A stretch of DNA of 64,000 bases from a virus (Duplodnaviria; Caudoviricetes). This document shows, piece after piece, positions 63,692 to 64,000 of this stretch. The position numbers and the translations under genes were made by a program. The notes beneath the pieces were generated by a model. That model was given only the letters and a program-made list of their open reading frames with translations. It was not told the DNA's origin and did no database searches. The DNA lies in the IMG/VR virus record IMGVR_UViG_3300033066_001617, positions 4,145-68,144 of that record. The stretch is one strand, 5' to 3'. Each line of letters begins with the position of its first letter. Position 1 is the first letter of the stretch.

Positions 63692-64000
63692 TCAGTAACC
63701 GCAATTTAGCCCAAATACTTGGTCCAGGCTTGTGTGAAATGAAACGAGAGGGTGGTAGATCCACGAACCTAGTAGAGCTGTTCGCCCAGGAAGATCATTA
63801 CAGATAATCTTCACCGGATAGTTGCACATGATGGTCATGCCAATCTCAACGAGGGCACTCTTCCACGGAAAATCTTCCTTCGTGGCATAGAGAACCAATT
63901 CGGTACACAGCAAGATTTCTCGAGTGATCTTTTTCCAGAGTTCGGTCATGTCGCCGGTCTCGTTCGGTCCGGCTTCGTCAATCCAGGTGGAGATGATCGG
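63692..64000 (-). CDS. hypothetical protein, probably 5'-truncated by the window edge
   Basis: Track ORF 63692..63949; the frame appears to stay open toward the edge. Confidence 0.4.
   Translation of the reverse strand, partial: PIISTWIDEAGPNETGDMTELWKKITREILLCTELVLYATKEDFPWKSALVEIGMTIMCNYPVKIICNDLPGRTALLGSWIYHPLVSFHTSLDQVFGLNCGY

Overview
This window is 64 kb of a large lambda-tailed (siphovirus-like) dsDNA phage genome. The host may be alphaproteobacterial, but that is only an impression. No host chromosomal genes, integrase, tRNA or CRISPR array were seen. Layout: (i) 1-17.6 kb on the + strand has the 3' end of a VapE-type primase/helicase, then about 35 small, mostly unknown early ORFs. 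Among them are a PnuC-NadR NAD salvage pair, an XRE HTH, a MazG-like protein, a DHH phosphoesterase and a GHKL-ATPase/HEXXH fusion. (ii) 17.6-38.7 kb on the - strand has a class II ribonucleotide reductase, terminase large and small subunits, exonucleases, two helicases, a UV glycosylase, dUTPase, PolA and an SSB-like protein. (iii) 38.7-64 kb on the - strand has the lysis cassette, two paralogous tail-fibre cassettes, lambda-like J/I/K/L/M tail-tip genes, tape measure protein, G/GT chaperones with a -1 frameshift, tail tube and neck genes. The best candidate for an undescribed system is a tightly coupled gene run at 26.7-33.8 kb: aGPT-Pplase1/5hmdU-kinase-helical-domain protein, TET/JBP-associated-type glycosyltransferase, dUMP-hydroxymethylase-type thymidylate synthase homologue, HD nucleotidase, tandem DUF1599/Nmad1 protein, PolA and dUTPase. 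It predicts DNA in which T is replaced by a glycosylated 5-hydroxymethyluracil (base-J-like). Family names come from motif recognition by eye and were not confirmed by any database search.
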